Positions 9,249 through 18,676 of a stretch of 64,000 nt of DNA are shown in pieces. The stretch is from Acidobacteriota bacterium (lineage in GTDB: Bacteria > Acidobacteriota > UBA6911 > RPQK01 > CBDAPI01), in contig CBDAPI010000015.1 in assembly GCA_965198355.1 (NCBI GenBank), forward strand, positions 922,608-986,607. Direction: 5' to 3'. Position 1 is the stretch's first letter. Each line of letters opens with the position of its first letter. The notes beneath the pieces are model-generated. The model was not told the origin of the DNA. It saw only the letters and a program-made list of their open reading frames with translations, and ran no database searches. Both the position numbers and the translations under genes were made by a program.

Positions 9249-10149
9249 CTTGCATAATCCGGGCTAAGGTGATTTGGGTTGCCGCGTTGGTCGCATGTAC
9301 CGGTACCGTTTTCGTAACTTTTAATCAATATGCTCACTTTTTATCGCCTGATAAGACATCAATTGGCCATTGGAGTGATTATGGATCTGCGTTTCTTGTT
9401 GGTATTGAAAACCTTACCTCAAGGAGTAATCTCAGGACGATAGCTAAATCGGTAGGTCTTTTGAGTATTCCGGCAGCGTTGATCGCCATCATAATTACAG
9501 GATGGCAGCGTAAATGGCAGCTAACAATGTTTTGGTTGATTATGGCCGCCCTTCCAACTGTATTATTTTGGAGCATGATATCGGGAAATAGTGCCCGGCA
9601 TAATCTGATCCCAGGCGTATTTGTGTACGTTTTATTAGCATTACCATTTGCAACCCGCTTACGGCGAGATTGGGTCTACATTCTTGCCATCATCTTTGTT
9701 GTTAATTATTTGTACTATCCGCCCTCAGACAATACTGTTTCTCCTTCTGGCGGATTATTAGGAAATGCGCGTTTACTCAGAGACAGGGCAGAAGAGTACC
9801 ACACTCTGGGAGAAACGATTGCCCACTCAGCTCATCAAAAGATGGCAGTTATAGGAATCGGTTATAGACAACCCTATTTCATATTTGAAACGCTTCGAAG
9901 CCCTCAACTTTCCTATAATAGCCACAAAACAAATTTAAAAAAGGTGCAAACCTTGGAAATGAAAAATGACAACCAGAACCAAACCTTCCTTTGGATATAT
10001 GACGAACCAGAAATATCGGAAATTGTAGAATTAGTCAACAATGGCTATTCCGTAATTGTTATTGATAATGATGAGATGGATGAGATGTTAAAAGAGTTGG
10101 GTAACCTGCCGGAACTTCAAGGCAAGTTGGTGTCAATTGATGTGGAATA

Positions 10150-10400
10150 GGGACGCCAGGAATAGTCCTGTCCGAAAGAGACCGCCCCACTACTGTCCGC
10201 ATCAAACCCGGGGTTCTTCTCCCAGACGACGCCGACTCCTCCGTTGATGTTGAACTTGACGGCGTCGGTGTTAACGAGTTTGACTCCCAGACCACCGGTT
10301 GGGGCGATCCACTAGTCGATCAACTTGAACTCGTCGCTAAGATAGTCAATTCCGCCAAACACGAAAACTCTTTCGCTGAGCAGATAATCGTCTCGAAAAG
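10150..10400 (-). pseudogene. possible fragment of a DUF481/MipA-like outer-membrane beta-barrel gene (in-frame stop)
   Basis: minus-strand translation ...WIAPTGGLGVKLVNTDAVKFNINGGVGVVWEKNPGFDADSSGAVSFGQDYSW. Confidence 0.25.
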
Positions 10401-10410
10401 ACAGGGATGC

Positions 10411-10647
10411 GTGAACAAGGCTGACCTCTTCCGCATCAAGGGAGTCGGCGAAGAGTATTCAGACCTGCTCGAGGCCTCGGGCGTGGATACGGTTCCGGAG
10501 CTGGGTCAGCGCAACGCTGCCAACCTGCACAAGAAAATGGCAGAGGTCAACGGCAAGAAAAAACTGGTTCGCCAGCTCCCAGCGGGCAGCCAGGTAGCCG
10601 GCTGGGTCAAGCAGGCCAAGAAGCAGCCTCGAGTCATCACGTACTGA
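10411..10647 (+). CDS. DUF4332 (helix-hairpin-helix-like) small protein
   Basis: ADLFRIKGVGEEYSDLLEASGVDTVPELGQRNAANLHKKMAEVNG. Confidence 0.5.
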   Translation: MNKADLFRIKGVGEEYSDLLEASGVDTVPELGQRNAANLHKKMAEVNGKKKLVRQLPAGSQVAGWVKQAKKQPRVITY

Positions 10648-10781
10648 GCTCGCGCGGCTCTTCGGTCAGATGGTTCAGGATTCCAGCGGTCAGCAGCAAT
10701 GAGACACATTGAGCCTCGCGCTGCCAGGCTTGTCCGAGGGTGTCATCACGAATCCCGCCAAGGAGAAGCTCGCCCTGGAAG

Positions 10782-11699
10782 CTAGTGACCCGGGCTGCTT
10801 TCCGCCTTTTCGATGACTACCCAGAGGGCCTTGTGGTCGGTGAAGTCCAAATCGACCAGTCCCCGCTCCAGAGCACGAAGTCCCTTCAAGAAGATCCAGT
10901 CGAGCTTCAGGGGGGGAAAGTCGAAGGTTGCGCCTGTGTCTCTGAAAGGTGTCGTGAATCCCATCTCCTTCATTGCGTTTCTCAGGGCGCGAGTGTCCCT
11001 CCCCCCAAACGGAATAGGCACTGAGCTTCGAATCCAGAGCATGTTGGCTGTGTTGAAGTCACCCGCGATCAGGCTGGGCCCCTCGGCCTTTCGACCGGCT
11101 TCCATGACAGGGCGGACCTGGCGAACGCGCCGAGAGGCATTGATCCTCGTGTCCAGGTGGACGTTGAAGAGCTTCAGGGTTCCTGAATCGCTGGTGGCTA
11201 TTGCTGCAAGTGCGATCCGGCATCGGCTCCGGTGACCGAGGTTGTTCTGGGGAAGGAGTTCGACGCGCTCAGAGGTCAAGGGAAAACGGCTGAGAATCGC
11301 CAGACCCCAGTCCTGCGCAGGAGCGAACAGGTAGTGGAAGCCGATGGCTTCGGAAGCCTCTTCGAGCAACCTGGGTCCATCCTCTTTCAACTCTTGCAGG
11401 AGGAAAACATCGGCTTCGGCAAGCTCAGGACTGGCTTCCAGTTCGCTGTGCACGACTTCCCAGTCGCTTGCGCCGTGCATGTTCAAGCTGACCACCCTAA
11501 GAGCCGTACCGGCCTGCTTGGCGGCCTGCTGCGACGGAGTCCCACGGGAAATGGGAGGTACCTCGCACTTCGGCAAAGAAGGAGCGGCGCTGAGAGGGCC
11601 GCTTGCCCACGCCAGGCTCGAGAGCAGGATCAGTGCGCATGGAACTAGCGAAAAGCCTGCGCCCTCCTTTGGCGGCGGCTGTGGCGTTTGGACTCTCAT
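10782..11699 (-). CDS. secreted endonuclease/exonuclease/phosphatase (EEP) family protein
   Basis: signal peptide; VVSLNMHGASDWE...FLLQE...FNVHLD...IAGDFNT are EEP motifs. Confidence 0.7.
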   Translation of the reverse strand: MRVQTPQPPPKEGAGFSLVPCALILLSSLAWASGPLSAAPSLPKCEVPPISRGTPSQQAAKQAGTALRVVSLNMHGASDWEVVHSELEASPELAEADVFLLQELKEDGPRLLEEASEAIGFHYLFAPAQDWGLAILSRFPLTSERVELLPQNNLGHRSRCRIALAAIATSDSGTLKLFNVHLDTRINASRRVRQVRPVMEAGRKAEGPSLIAGDFNTANMLWIRSSVPIPFGGRDTRALRNAMKEMGFTTPFRDTGATFDFPPLKLDWIFLKGLRALERGLVDLDFTDHKALWVVIEKAESSPGH

Positions 11700-11724
11700 T
11701 TCACCTCCAGCGAGCCTTTCAACC

Positions 11725-12666
11725 CTACCGGCTTTGACAGCGAGCCTTCAACTGCAAAGCTGCCTCCGAATCGTAGGAGATGGTTCCCTGATCGAAGACA
11801 AGTCCTGATTCGCTGATGGCCTCAAAATACAATTCCTGAGAATTCAGCTCTATGTACAGAAAGCTGCGCTCCTGATCGTTTCCACACCCGGTGAGTAGCG
11901 ATTTCTTAGAGATGTTGCCCTTGCGCAGCTTGGCCGCCGCTCCGTTGACGAAGTGCAGAATACCCTGCTGCGGTTCGAGACGTGCGTAAAAGTGATCGTG
12001 CCCGGCCAACACGATGTTCACCCGGCCCTCCACCAGGATCTCTTCCAGAGATCGCCTCACATTCTTGTTTCCGCCGTGCCGACGCCCGGAAGAATAAATG
12101 GGATGATGGAAAAAAGCGATTCTCCAGCGCGCACGTGAAGCCCTTAATTCGTCTTGAAGCCATGCCTCCTGTTGCGGGTCCGGAGAACCGCCCCGATGCT
12201 TCTTCGCAAGGGTCGTCGTATCGAGAGCGAAGAACTGGACCAGGTCATCCCCAAACTGGAACGCGTAGTAGCGCCGCCCACCCATGTTGAACAGGGGGTA
12301 TTCGATCGCCTGCCGCCAGTTACCCCGTCGAACATCGTGGTTACCCAGGGCGGCAAAGAACTTGACTCCACTGGAGTGCAGCGGCCCGTACGGCTGCTCG
12401 AATTTCTTCACGTAATCGCTGCGGTTCCCATGCTCGTAGATGTTGTCTCCCAGCATGAGGACAAAATCGAGCCCCCGCTCCCTGTAACGATCCAACATCT
12501 GGCGGGCAATTCGATACTGCGGTTTTTTCCCCGTGCCACTGTCTCCGATCACCGCGAAACGGAGCTTGTCGTCTTCGGCCTGTTGCAACGTGCCGACAGC
12601 GCCAGAAGCCGTTAACCACCCGGACAGGACGACTGTTAGAAGGAGGATCGAACTGGAGTGCTTCAT
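11725..12666 (-). CDS. secreted metallophosphoesterase (calcineurin-like/purple acid phosphatase type); likely start at MKHSSS (ORF-track start 12768)
   Basis: FAVIGDSGTGK...MLGDNIYEHG...GNHDVRRG...AGHDHFYAR. Confidence 0.75.
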   Translation of the reverse strand: MKHSSSILLLTVVLSGWLTASGAVGTLQQAEDDKLRFAVIGDSGTGKKPQYRIARQMLDRYRERGLDFVLMLGDNIYEHGNRSDYVKKFEQPYGPLHSSGVKFFAALGNHDVRRGNWRQAIEYPLFNMGGRRYYAFQFGDDLVQFFALDTTTLAKKHRGGSPDPQQEAWLQDELRASRARWRIAFFHHPIYSSGRRHGGNKNVRRSLEEILVEGRVNIVLAGHDHFYARLEPQQGILHFVNGAAAKLRKGNISKKSLLTGCGNDQERSFLYIELNSQELYFEAISESGLVFDQGTISYDSEAALQLKARCQSR

Positions 12667-12845
12667 GCTGGGCCCCCCCTGCTTCGGGTGATCCCCCGGG
12701 GTCCCCAGACAATTATTGGGAAGGACGATCTGAACCCCTTCCAGAGGATCGCCGTTTGCGTACCACAAGAGCAGATCGATGCGACGCGGCGCTTAAAGAT
12801 TCTTGATAATCGAATACCATACGTTCGATTTTCAAGAAACCCTCT

Positions 12846-13706
12846 TCAGCAGGGCCGTAGCTTCTTCTTGAACTCCGCTGGACAGACTCCGCAGTTCTTG
12901 CGGAAGGCACGTTCGAAGCTACGGAGACTGGGGAACCCGACCTCCAGCGAGATAAACGTGATGCTGTAATTGTTCTTGGACAAGAGCTCGATGGCCAGGG
13001 CCAGACGAATCTGTTCCAGCCAGTCTCGGAACCCGAGGCCAACTTTACGATGGAAAAAATCAGAGAAGTAGGTGGCCTCCATCCCGGCGATCCGGGCGCC
13101 GTCAGCCAGGCTGATGGGATCGGAGGAGTTCGCGAGAACGTGGTCCTTGACCCTGCGCAGACGAGAGTAGTAGCTAAAAGCTTCTTCGGTTACGCTCCGG
13201 CCTCGAAGCAGAGGAGGGGTGCCAAGATTCTCCCCTCTTCCGCCAGCGGCCTCCCCTTCTCCGCTGGGGTAGCGAACCAGCTCGGGAGCTCTTGAAAAGG
13301 AGACCACGGTGTGCCCAGGCCTCGGAGATGTCCCGTAACCAGATATCTTCAAAAAGGTCGGTCCATTGGTGGTGGACCAGCGCAAAGAAAGCTCAATTCT
13401 CTCCCTGCGCTTCAGAGGGTGCTCAGAAATGCAAACCACCTCAGAAGAGCTCAAACTGCTGGTTTGGACAGGGAGTTTCTTCCTACTGCCGTTCACCCGA
13501 CAGGTGCCAACTAGACTCGTCGGCGAGGGCAGCAGGTCATTCAGCATTTTGAGTGGAGCTGGCTGGCCGACTTCGCGGCTAAAATCAGAAATGGACAAGA
13601 CTACTGGACTGCCTCCCTGTGTCGTCTCTAAGTGATAAAATCTAAAAAAGGGACGGTTTACCAGAGCTCCGTCTCCGGACAAACATCGGATTCGGCTTAG
13701 CGTCAT
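12846..13706 (-). CDS. AraC-family transcriptional regulator (C-terminal HTH); N-terminus uncertain
   Basis: C-terminal ...NYSITFISLEVGFPSLRSFERAFRKNCGVCPAEFKKKL. Confidence 0.55.
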   Translation of the reverse strand: MTLSRIRCLSGDGALVNRPFFRFYHLETTQGGSPVVLSISDFSREVGQPAPLKMLNDLLPSPTSLVGTCRVNGSRKKLPVQTSSLSSSEVVCISEHPLKRRERIELSLRWSTTNGPTFLKISGYGTSPRPGHTVVSFSRAPELVRYPSGEGEAAGGRGENLGTPPLLRGRSVTEEAFSYYSRLRRVKDHVLANSSDPISLADGARIAGMEATYFSDFFHRKVGLGFRDWLEQIRLALAIELLSKNNYSITFISLEVGFPSLRSFERAFRKNCGVCPAEFKKKLRPC

Positions 13707-14523
13707 CCACTGCGGGAGATTGATCAGATGCTTCCCACAGCGGACTCTTGGGTCACCGTCCCTTATAAAAACTGCAGCTATGGCTGCTACTTAAGAATGT
13801 CTTCCTGAACCAACAGGGAATTCATCCCTGGCCCAGCCGCGACACTCTGCTTCAGGTTCTTGGTTCTTGGTTGAAGAACCCCCCATTTCTTCGAGATAGT
13901 TTTCACCTCAGAGCGATTGGGTTTGAAAATCGTCCATTTCACTCTATAAGTGTTTTGCGCCGCTCCCGCCTACTAGAATCCGCCCTCGTGATGGGTGACT
14001 CAAAGCGATTTCAATGAGGTCAACCCGCCGGAGATACTGAAAGACGCGCGAGGAGGCAGCTGATTGCTCCGGCCCCAACTGCACTCGCAACACAGCGTAA
14101 AGAAACCCTAACCACCGGAAGTGATACCAAAACTTTGTAGGTGGAGACAGAGGTTTTTCCGAGGGCAACATTCGCTGCTGACCTCATGAAGGTGTGGGGG
14201 CCTTGCAAGGTGTCAACAGCCTGAGCAGCCAGGGAACCCAGCGTATCTAGTTCATTCTGCAGGGGATAGAGCTTATTGCACACTCGGTTGGAGGGCCTTT
14301 TGAAGAGTTCATCATGATCCTCACGGCAGCAATTATTGACGATCTGAAAGAAGTGGACGCCGGCTCCGCTGAACATTTCTCCGCCCATATGTGCAAAAGG
14401 TCGATTTGGGCGAGTTTTGTGACGCCGGTCACCGATATCACCCGATCTGCTTTGCCGCACTTTAGCGTCGCCGTGCGTCCGATCACAGGCCTCTGACGGA
14501 AAAGCCAATAAGTTGAGCAGGCG

Positions 14524-14892
14524 ATGAGCCAGCTTTCCAAGTTCCTGAGAGAGAGGCTGTCCGACCGTGGGAGCCAGCTGAGGTTAGCAGAAGCACTGGG
14601 GACCAGCCCGGGAACCGTGACCAAATGGGTGAGTGGAGAGAACACTCCCAACTTTGAGAGCTGCTTGAGACTCGCCGATTACCTTGGGGTTGAACCCGCT
14701 CGCATCTTCCGCTTGACCGGCAAGATGGACTATTACCAGCTCTACTTGCGAGCGTTCAAAAGGGCTGAACTCCAGACCAGATTACATACTCGCCTTCAGA
14801 ACCTTCTCGATGGGGGCCATATTGCCGATGTCGAAGACGTTCTGGCCCGGTTGGAAAAGGCCTCTGTAACCAAAGCAAAGAAACGGTCGTAG
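14524..14892 (+). CDS. XRE-family HTH transcriptional regulator
   Basis: LRLAEALGTSPGTVTKWVSGENTPNFESCLRLADYLGVEPARIF. Confidence 0.65.
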   Translation: MSQLSKFLRERLSDRGSQLRLAEALGTSPGTVTKWVSGENTPNFESCLRLADYLGVEPARIFRLTGKMDYYQLYLRAFKRAELQTRLHTRLQNLLDGGHIADVEDVLARLEKASVTKAKKRS

Positions 14893-15232
14893 CGAGCAGT
14901 CGTCCAGACACCATCGACCTCTGAAGCGTGAGTCACTGGATCTGATTCACGGGAGCCCCTTTGCTCCCCTTTTGCTCTATCTCCAACCTCGACGTTCTTT
15001 CGTAAACCCACACAGCAAAGATTCATTTGTCAGTTCGTAAGGGGGATCACAGCTAACCTCCGGGCCCCCGGTCTAGAATCCCAGCAGAGATGGGGTTGAC
15101 AACAAGAGGTTACTCGCGCGGGAGGACGACAGGGCGGTCCTTTCCACATAGCGACGCTGCGGATTCTGGTTCTGTCAAGAGGCTTCCAGGGAGACTGCTC
15201 CGATTCCAGAAGTTTCGAGCGGAAGATCATCG

Positions 15233-18010
15233 GTGCCATCTGTTAGAGTCTCCAAGGATGTGTATTTGGTCGCACTTTTCCCGTCGCACTTTTCCCTTAG
15301 AATAATTCAGTTCACCAACTTGCGTATACCTCTGGTCTTTTCCTTTATCCTGTCCTTCGGCTCGGCAATGGCTCAGTCGGTTGAGCTGGAGTGGGATCCG
15401 AACTCGGAGCCGGATCTGGCTGGATACAACGTTTACCGTTCGCTTTCATCCGGCTCCGGCTACTCCATCGTCAATCCCAGCCTGGTCCCTTCGCCATCGT
15501 ACACGGATACTACGGTCACCCCGGGTAATACCTATTATTATGTTGTCACCGCTCAAAACACTGGTGGCTTGGAGAGCGGTTTTTCCAATGAAATCAATAC
15601 CTTTATAGAGGGGCTTCCCCCAACTGCGGCGCTGACGCTGGTGAAGTCGTCGGATGCAACGTCTGCGCCGGCAGTGGGGGAGACCATCACCTATTCCTAT
15701 GTGGTCACGAACAGCGGCGAGGTGACGCTAACCGGTATTACGGTCACGGACGTTCATGGCGGCATCGGAGGGTCTTTCTCGGGAGTGAGTTGCCCAGCCA
15801 CGAGCATAGCCGTGGGTGACTCCATGACGTGTACAGCAACCTATGTGCTGGTGCAGGCAGTAAATGCAGGTTCGATTTCCAATACAGCCACAGCTGACAG
15901 TAACGAGACCGGCCCGGTGCAGGCAGACGTAAATGCAGGTTCGATTTCCAATACAGCCACAGCTGACAGTAACGAGACCGGCCCGGTGAGCAGTTCTTTG
16001 ACGGTGTCACTTTCCCCGAATGCGGCGCTGACACTGGTGAAGTCGTCCGATGCAACGCCTGACCCGGCAGTGGGAGAGACTATCACCTATTCCTATGTGG
16101 CCACGAACGGCGGCGAGGTGACGCTAACCGGTGTCACTGTCACGGACGTTCATGGCGGCATCGGAGGGTCTTTCTCGGGAGTGAGTTGCCCAGCGACGAG
16201 CCTGGCCGTGGGTGACTCGATGACATGCACAGCAACCTATGTGCTGGTGCAGGCAGACGCAGATGCAGGTTCCGTGTCCAATACAGCCACAGCTGACAGC
16301 AACGAGACCGGCCCGGTGAGCAGTTCTTTGACGGTGTCACTTTCCCCGAATGCGGCGCTGGCACTGGTGAAGTCGTCGGATGCAACGCCTGACCCGGCAG
16401 TGGGAGAGACTATCACCTATTCCTATGTGGCCACGAACGGCGGCGAGGTGACGCTAACCGGTGTCACTGTCACGGACGTTCATGGCGGCATCGGAGGGTC
16501 TTTCTCGGGAGTGAGTTGCCCAGCCACGAGCCTAGCCGTGGGTGACTCCATGACGTGTACAGCAACCTATGTGCTGGTGCAGGCAGACGTAAATGCAGGT
16601 TCGATTTCCAATACAGCCACAGCCGACAGTAACGAGACCGGCCCGGTGAACAGTTCTTTGACGGTACTGATAACCACTACTTTTCTGGTCCTGCCGACGA
16701 CCTTCGACCTGGGAAGTCCGGAATTTGAAGATACTTTCGTGGGTGCCGCAATCGCCAACCTTTCGGACCAGCCCGCCCACGTCGTCGTCTCTGCTCTGAC
16801 GAGCTTCGGGACCGAGGTTGCGAGCCAGCAACTCGGTGACGAGCTATTGGCCATGGGACAAGACGCATTCCTGACCACAGACCACCCCGAACTGGTGGAA
16901 GGCTCGAGCTCCTGGCTCCTGAGGGGAACCTCAGCAAAGGTGCGGGGATTTTTCATGATCGGCGACCGGGATATGAACAAGCTCGACGGGATCGGCGGCG
17001 AACTTGATGAATCGAAGTCACTGTTCTTCCCGCTGGCCAGAGAAAGCGCGGCTGGGAGCACCCTCCTTCATCTCTTCAATGTCGAGAAACAAGCGGGAAC
17101 CGTTACCCTCACTCTCTTCGAGCCTCTGGGGATCCCAGTCGCAGAGGCGGAGATCACGGTCGCACCCTCGGGTGGCGTACAGGGAACGATGGAAGAGATC
17201 TTCGGGGCGGGCCTCGAGTTCTCCGACGGGTACCTGGAGGTTCAGAGCAGTGTTCGGCTCAAAGGATTCGAGTTCTATGCGCAGGAGGGCGCATTTGCAG
17301 CCGTTCCCGGCCAAGCACCGCAGCCGACCTGGAAGCTGTGGACTCCTCATTTCTTTGTGGAGGGCCAGTCTGGTGACACCGAAATCCGCTTGTTGAGTAC
17401 GGATTCCGAAAGAGCCCGCGTCAGCATCCAGGGGTTTGACAACGAGTCCACTTTGATTGGAACCTACGAGCTCGAGATCGAGCCGGGACAACTCTTCGTC
17501 GGAAGTGTCCGGGAGATGCTCAACCTGGACCCCGGAATGGGCGTGATCACAGGCCACCTCGAGATCAGCCTGGAGGCCGGAACTTTCTTTACCTATTCCC
17601 CACAAGTATTGGGACTGGTCACTTTCAGCGCTAACGGAGGCAAATGGCTCTCGACCCTGCCCCTGCTGACCGAAGGACATAAAGAGACCCTGTTTCTCCA
17701 GGTGGCCCAATCTGATCAAATCGGGATGTTCACCGGCCTCGCCGTTCTCAATCCGGGTGAGTCGGCGGCGCAGGTAGAAGTCGAGGTTTTCGATCAGAAC
17801 GGGATCCGAACCGGCCGCGCCGGATTCAGCCTGGCTCCGGGTCAACGTGTGTTGAACTTGCTGGACGGGGACACTTATTTCGGAGACGGCTTCGAACAGA
17901 TCAAGGGACTCTTTCGAGTCAGGAGCACGGTTCCGGTCCTCAGCTTTTCACTCTTTGGAGACTACGGACTCCGGTTTCTTTCAGCGGTGGAAGGGCAGTA
18001 CCCGGAGTAG
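15233..18010 (+). CDS. 925-aa secreted surface protein: N-terminal FN3 domain, 3 tandem DUF11/TIGR01451-type 'conserved repeat domain' copies, and C-terminal unnamed modules shared with 21958-26544 and 29278-31755
   Basis: FN3: VELEWDPNSEPDLAGYNVYRS...NTYYYVVTAQN; DUF11: GETITYSYVVTNSGEVTLTGITVTDV...SCPATS..GDSMTCTATYV x3; C-terminal ...FTGLAVLNPGESAAQVEVEVFDQNG... Confidence 0.8.
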   Translation: MPSVRVSKDVYLVALFPSHFSLRIIQFTNLRIPLVFSFILSFGSAMAQSVELEWDPNSEPDLAGYNVYRSLSSGSGYSIVNPSLVPSPSYTDTTVTPGNTYYYVVTAQNTGGLESGFSNEINTFIEGLPPTAALTLVKSSDATSAPAVGETITYSYVVTNSGEVTLTGITVTDVHGGIGGSFSGVSCPATSIAVGDSMTCTATYVLVQAVNAGSISNTATADSNETGPVQADVNAGSISNTATADSNETGPVSSSLTVSLSPNAALTLVKSSDATPDPAVGETITYSYVATNGGEVTLTGVTVTDVHGGIGGSFSGVSCPATSLAVGDSMTCTATYVLVQADADAGSVSNTATADSNETGPVSSSLTVSLSPNAALALVKSSDATPDPAVGETITYSYVATNGGEVTLTGVTVTDVHGGIGGSFSGVSCPATSLAVGDSMTCTATYVLVQADVNAGSISNTATADSNETGPVNSSLTVLITTTFLVLPTTFDLGSPEFEDTFVGAAIANLSDQPAHVVVSALTSFGTEVASQQLGDELLAMGQDAFLTTDHPELVEGSSSWLLRGTSAKVRGFFMIGDRDMNKLDGIGGELDESKSLFFPLARESAAGSTLLHLFNVEKQAGTVTLTLFEPLGIPVAEAEITVAPSGGVQGTMEEIFGAGLEFSDGYLEVQSSVRLKGFEFYAQEGAFAAVPGQAPQPTWKLWTPHFFVEGQSGDTEIRLLSTDSERARVSIQGFDNESTLIGTYELEIEPGQLFVGSVREMLNLDPGMGVITGHLEISLEAGTFFTYSPQVLGLVTFSANGGKWLSTLPLLTEGHKETLFLQVAQSDQIGMFTGLAVLNPGESAAQVEVEVFDQNGIRTGRAGFSLAPGQRVLNLLDGDTYFGDGFEQIKGLFRVRSTVPVLSFSLFGDYGLRFLSAVEGQYPE
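15620..16675 (+). repeat. three ~330-bp tandem coding repeats with near-identical nucleotide sequence (DUF11 units)
   Basis: 16017-16345 vs 16347-16675 almost base-identical; first unit 15620-15990 more diverged. Confidence 0.75.
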
Positions 18011-18014
18011 GTTT

Positions 18015-18040
18015 GGGAATTGCGGATTTCGGATTGATCC
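18015..18040 (+). repeat. heptad array (GGAATTG-CGGATTT-CGGATTG), 5 nt after the stop of 15233-18010
   Basis: gggaattgcggatttcggattgatcc. Confidence 0.7.
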
Positions 18041-18676
18041 GTGAGTTTAAGGGCGTATCTAACATTTCTGAACTGGGCGTCGCTACTGTCAGGAGATCTT
18101 ACAAATCGGCCGGATTCTGTTATCTGACCTGTTTTCAATCGTTTTGGACAATGTCGTTTCGGTGGTTGACGAGATAGTGTCGGAATGACTTACAAGAGTC
18201 CATTCACGGGTACGCTTGTGACCGATGCAGGTTCCGGAACATTCCCTTTGGAATCACGGTGCTAGCCATTCGGCACGGCGCCGGCACGAGAGTTGCTTCT
18301 GTGGATCTGGGAGCACATTCTAGCGAGATGTGGCGCCACCGCCCTTCCCCCAAGAAACGGGGCGCCTCAGGTGAAGCCCAGGATTAGAGGGGGCCTGGGC
18401 CCACCAACTCTTGACTGTCACTTGTGACGTTTCTTGTTATACACCTCGGTTGTCTGTGGAATGGTGTCGGCCATCACAACCTTCCCGAGAACCGAGTACC
18501 AATCACCACAACGGCACGACGAGCACATTGCTTGTCTCCGGCCTGGGATTTCCTATAATGCATTTCTAGAAAGCGTCAGCTGACAGGACACCCATCACTT
18601 CATTCAAAGCTGAAACGCTGAAGCCGGGGAGGGATTGTTCAAGCGCTCTGAGGAGCGTGATGCAGACGGACAAAGC

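Larger units (their letters stand above)
5639..10150 (+). pseudogene. GT83/GT39-type (ArnT/PMT-like) membrane glycosyltransferase in three pieces (5639-5885, 7148-7603, 9249-10150), interrupted by an IS3-family and an IS1380-like element
   Basis: piece 2 ALYIFLYRLTKSLPVALGAALALQLNPTFWFNS is an ArnT-like TM region; coding continues right up to both IS ends; AT-richer than surrounding DNA. Confidence 0.5.

Noticed and set aside
12154-12615. 153-aa plus-strand ORF antisense to the metallophosphoesterase gene
   Set aside because: Overlaps a gene with strong catalytic-motif support on the opposite strand.
14020-14651. Two overlapping minus-strand ORFs (162 and 134 aa) divergent from the XRE regulator
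   Set aside because: No recognisable domains; mutually exclusive frames; one overlaps the XRE start. Left unannotated rather than called as a partner toxin or immunity gene.
15620-16675. Possible CRISPR array (regular ~330-bp periodicity)
   Set aside because: The repeats are long, protein-coding (DUF11 units) and contiguous without spacers; no cas genes. Not CRISPR.
17018-17845. 275-aa minus-strand ORF inside the FN3/DUF11 gene
   Set aside because: Antisense to a coding region with clear domain architecture; low-complexity translation.
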